DNA from: a bacterium
GTDB taxonomy: Bacteria; UBA10199; 2-02-FULL-44-16; JAAZCA01
Reading direction: 5' to 3'
DNA length: 32,000 nt
NCBI GenBank assembly: GCA_041648665.1
Contig: JBAZOP010000024.1
Coordinates: 1-32,000 of the forward strand
Below, one piece after another: positions 31,532-32,000 of the stretch. Position numbers and translations under genes: made by a program. Below the pieces are notes generated by a model. That model saw only the letters and a program-made list of their open reading frames with translations. It was not told the origin of the DNA and searched no databases. Positions within the stretch are counted from its first letter, which is position 1; every line of letters begins with the position of its first letter.

Positions 31532-32000
31532 TGCGCCGCATGGGTCCAGGGATCGGGGTCCTTGTCCCGGGCTGGGACCCCGATTCTCACAGCATGGGCA
31601 TCCAGTCCGGCGATTCGTTCGTCCCCTGGCGTATCCCCGGCTGTGCGCTTGCCGCCTGCACCAACTCGGGCGTGTACGGCTCGACGGTGGTCGCGTTTCC
31701 GGCGGATCCGTGCGTAAACGGGACGTTCGCCGTCGATGCGACTTGGGCCAAGGGCGCGGACTGGACGATCAACGGCGGTGTCGCAAAGCACGCGGCAGTC
31801 GGCGCCAACGATCTGACGCAGGCGTGTCTCACCGTCGGCAACACGTTCATCATCACGTACACCGTCACGCAGCAAACCGCGGGCAATATCACGGTGTACG
31901 CGGGCACGACCGCGGGCACTGCGCGAACCGCACCGGGCACGTACACCGAAACGCTCCTTTGCGCGGGCAATACCACGCTCGCGTTCAAGGCGGATGCGGC
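31531..32000 (+). CDS. Tail fibre / receptor-binding candidate, N-terminal fragment (runs off the right edge)
   Basis: The frame is open from ATG 31531 (TGATG overlap; alternative in-frame ATG at 31594) to the window end. It reads ...ATWAKGADWTINGGVAKHAAVGANDLTQACLTVGNTFIITYTVTQQTAGNITVYAGTTAGTARTAPGTYTE, a pattern common in phage fibre tip domains. Absent from the track because it has no stop. Confidence 0.65.
   Translation, partial: MRRMGPGIGVLVPGWDPDSHSMGIQSGDSFVPWRIPGCALAACTNSGVYGSTVVAFPADPCVNGTFAVDATWAKGADWTINGGVAKHAAVGANDLTQACLTVGNTFIITYTVTQQTAGNITVYAGTTAGTARTAPGTYTETLLCAGNTTLAFKADA

Larger units (their letters stand above)
1..32000. mobile_element. Segment of a tailed dsDNA phage or prophage genome (early/replication arm plus packaging and virion module)
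   Basis: Dense small-gene operons with 1-4 nt start/stop overlaps. Recognisable terminase large subunit, portal-scaffold-capsid gene order, large tail and internal proteins, and a repeat-rich fibre. Phage-typical accessory domains are present (VRR-NUC, DUF2829, RyR, HNH-like). Confidence 0.9.

Noticed and set aside
27604-32000. Diversity-generating retroelement acting on the fibre or receptor-binding genes
   Set aside because: I recognised no reverse-transcriptase ORF in any frame in this window and saw no template/variable repeat pair. The fibre repeats look like ordinary diverged domain duplications. The part of the genome beyond the window is unchecked.
1-32000. Integrase/excisionase, attachment sites, CI-type (S24 peptidase) repressor, tRNA genes, holin/endolysin cassette
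   Set aside because: None recognised in any frame here. Lifestyle (temperate or lytic) and host cannot be decided from this window.

Overview
GC-rich (about two thirds G+C by eye), almost gap-free segment of a tailed dsDNA phage or prophage. Left arm (1-5101, minus strand) is one translationally coupled early operon. It encodes a 45-aa regulator-like ORF, small Zn-finger proteins, an Ala-repeat protein, a RecE-like PD-(D/E)XK exonuclease, an HNH-like protein, a DUF2829 (Tad2-family) protein and a 494-aa coiled-coil protein. An AT-rich divergent control region lies at 5102-5222. The right arm (plus strand) starts with a Cro-like HTH, Zn-ribbon proteins and a VRR-NUC nuclease. It continues with a 430-bp non-coding G-skewed array, a replication initiator with internal iterons, and small accessory genes (ANTAR-like, RyR domain). 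A podovirus-like packaging and virion module follows: TerS-like, GNAT, TerL, portal, scaffold, capsid, adaptor- and nozzle-like proteins, a Q-rich needle-like protein with an S74 chaperone domain, two large internal proteins, a repeat-rich fibre and two more fibre or receptor-binding candidates. I saw no integrase, lysis cassette, tRNA, CRISPR, reverse transcriptase or DNA polymerase in this window. The most unusual signal is the intergenic array at 7014-7443, where GG falls on a 5-nt lattice about 70 times, punctuated by seven GGCAGG words, directly upstream of the initiator gene. All functional calls rest on motif recognition by eye; no searches were run.
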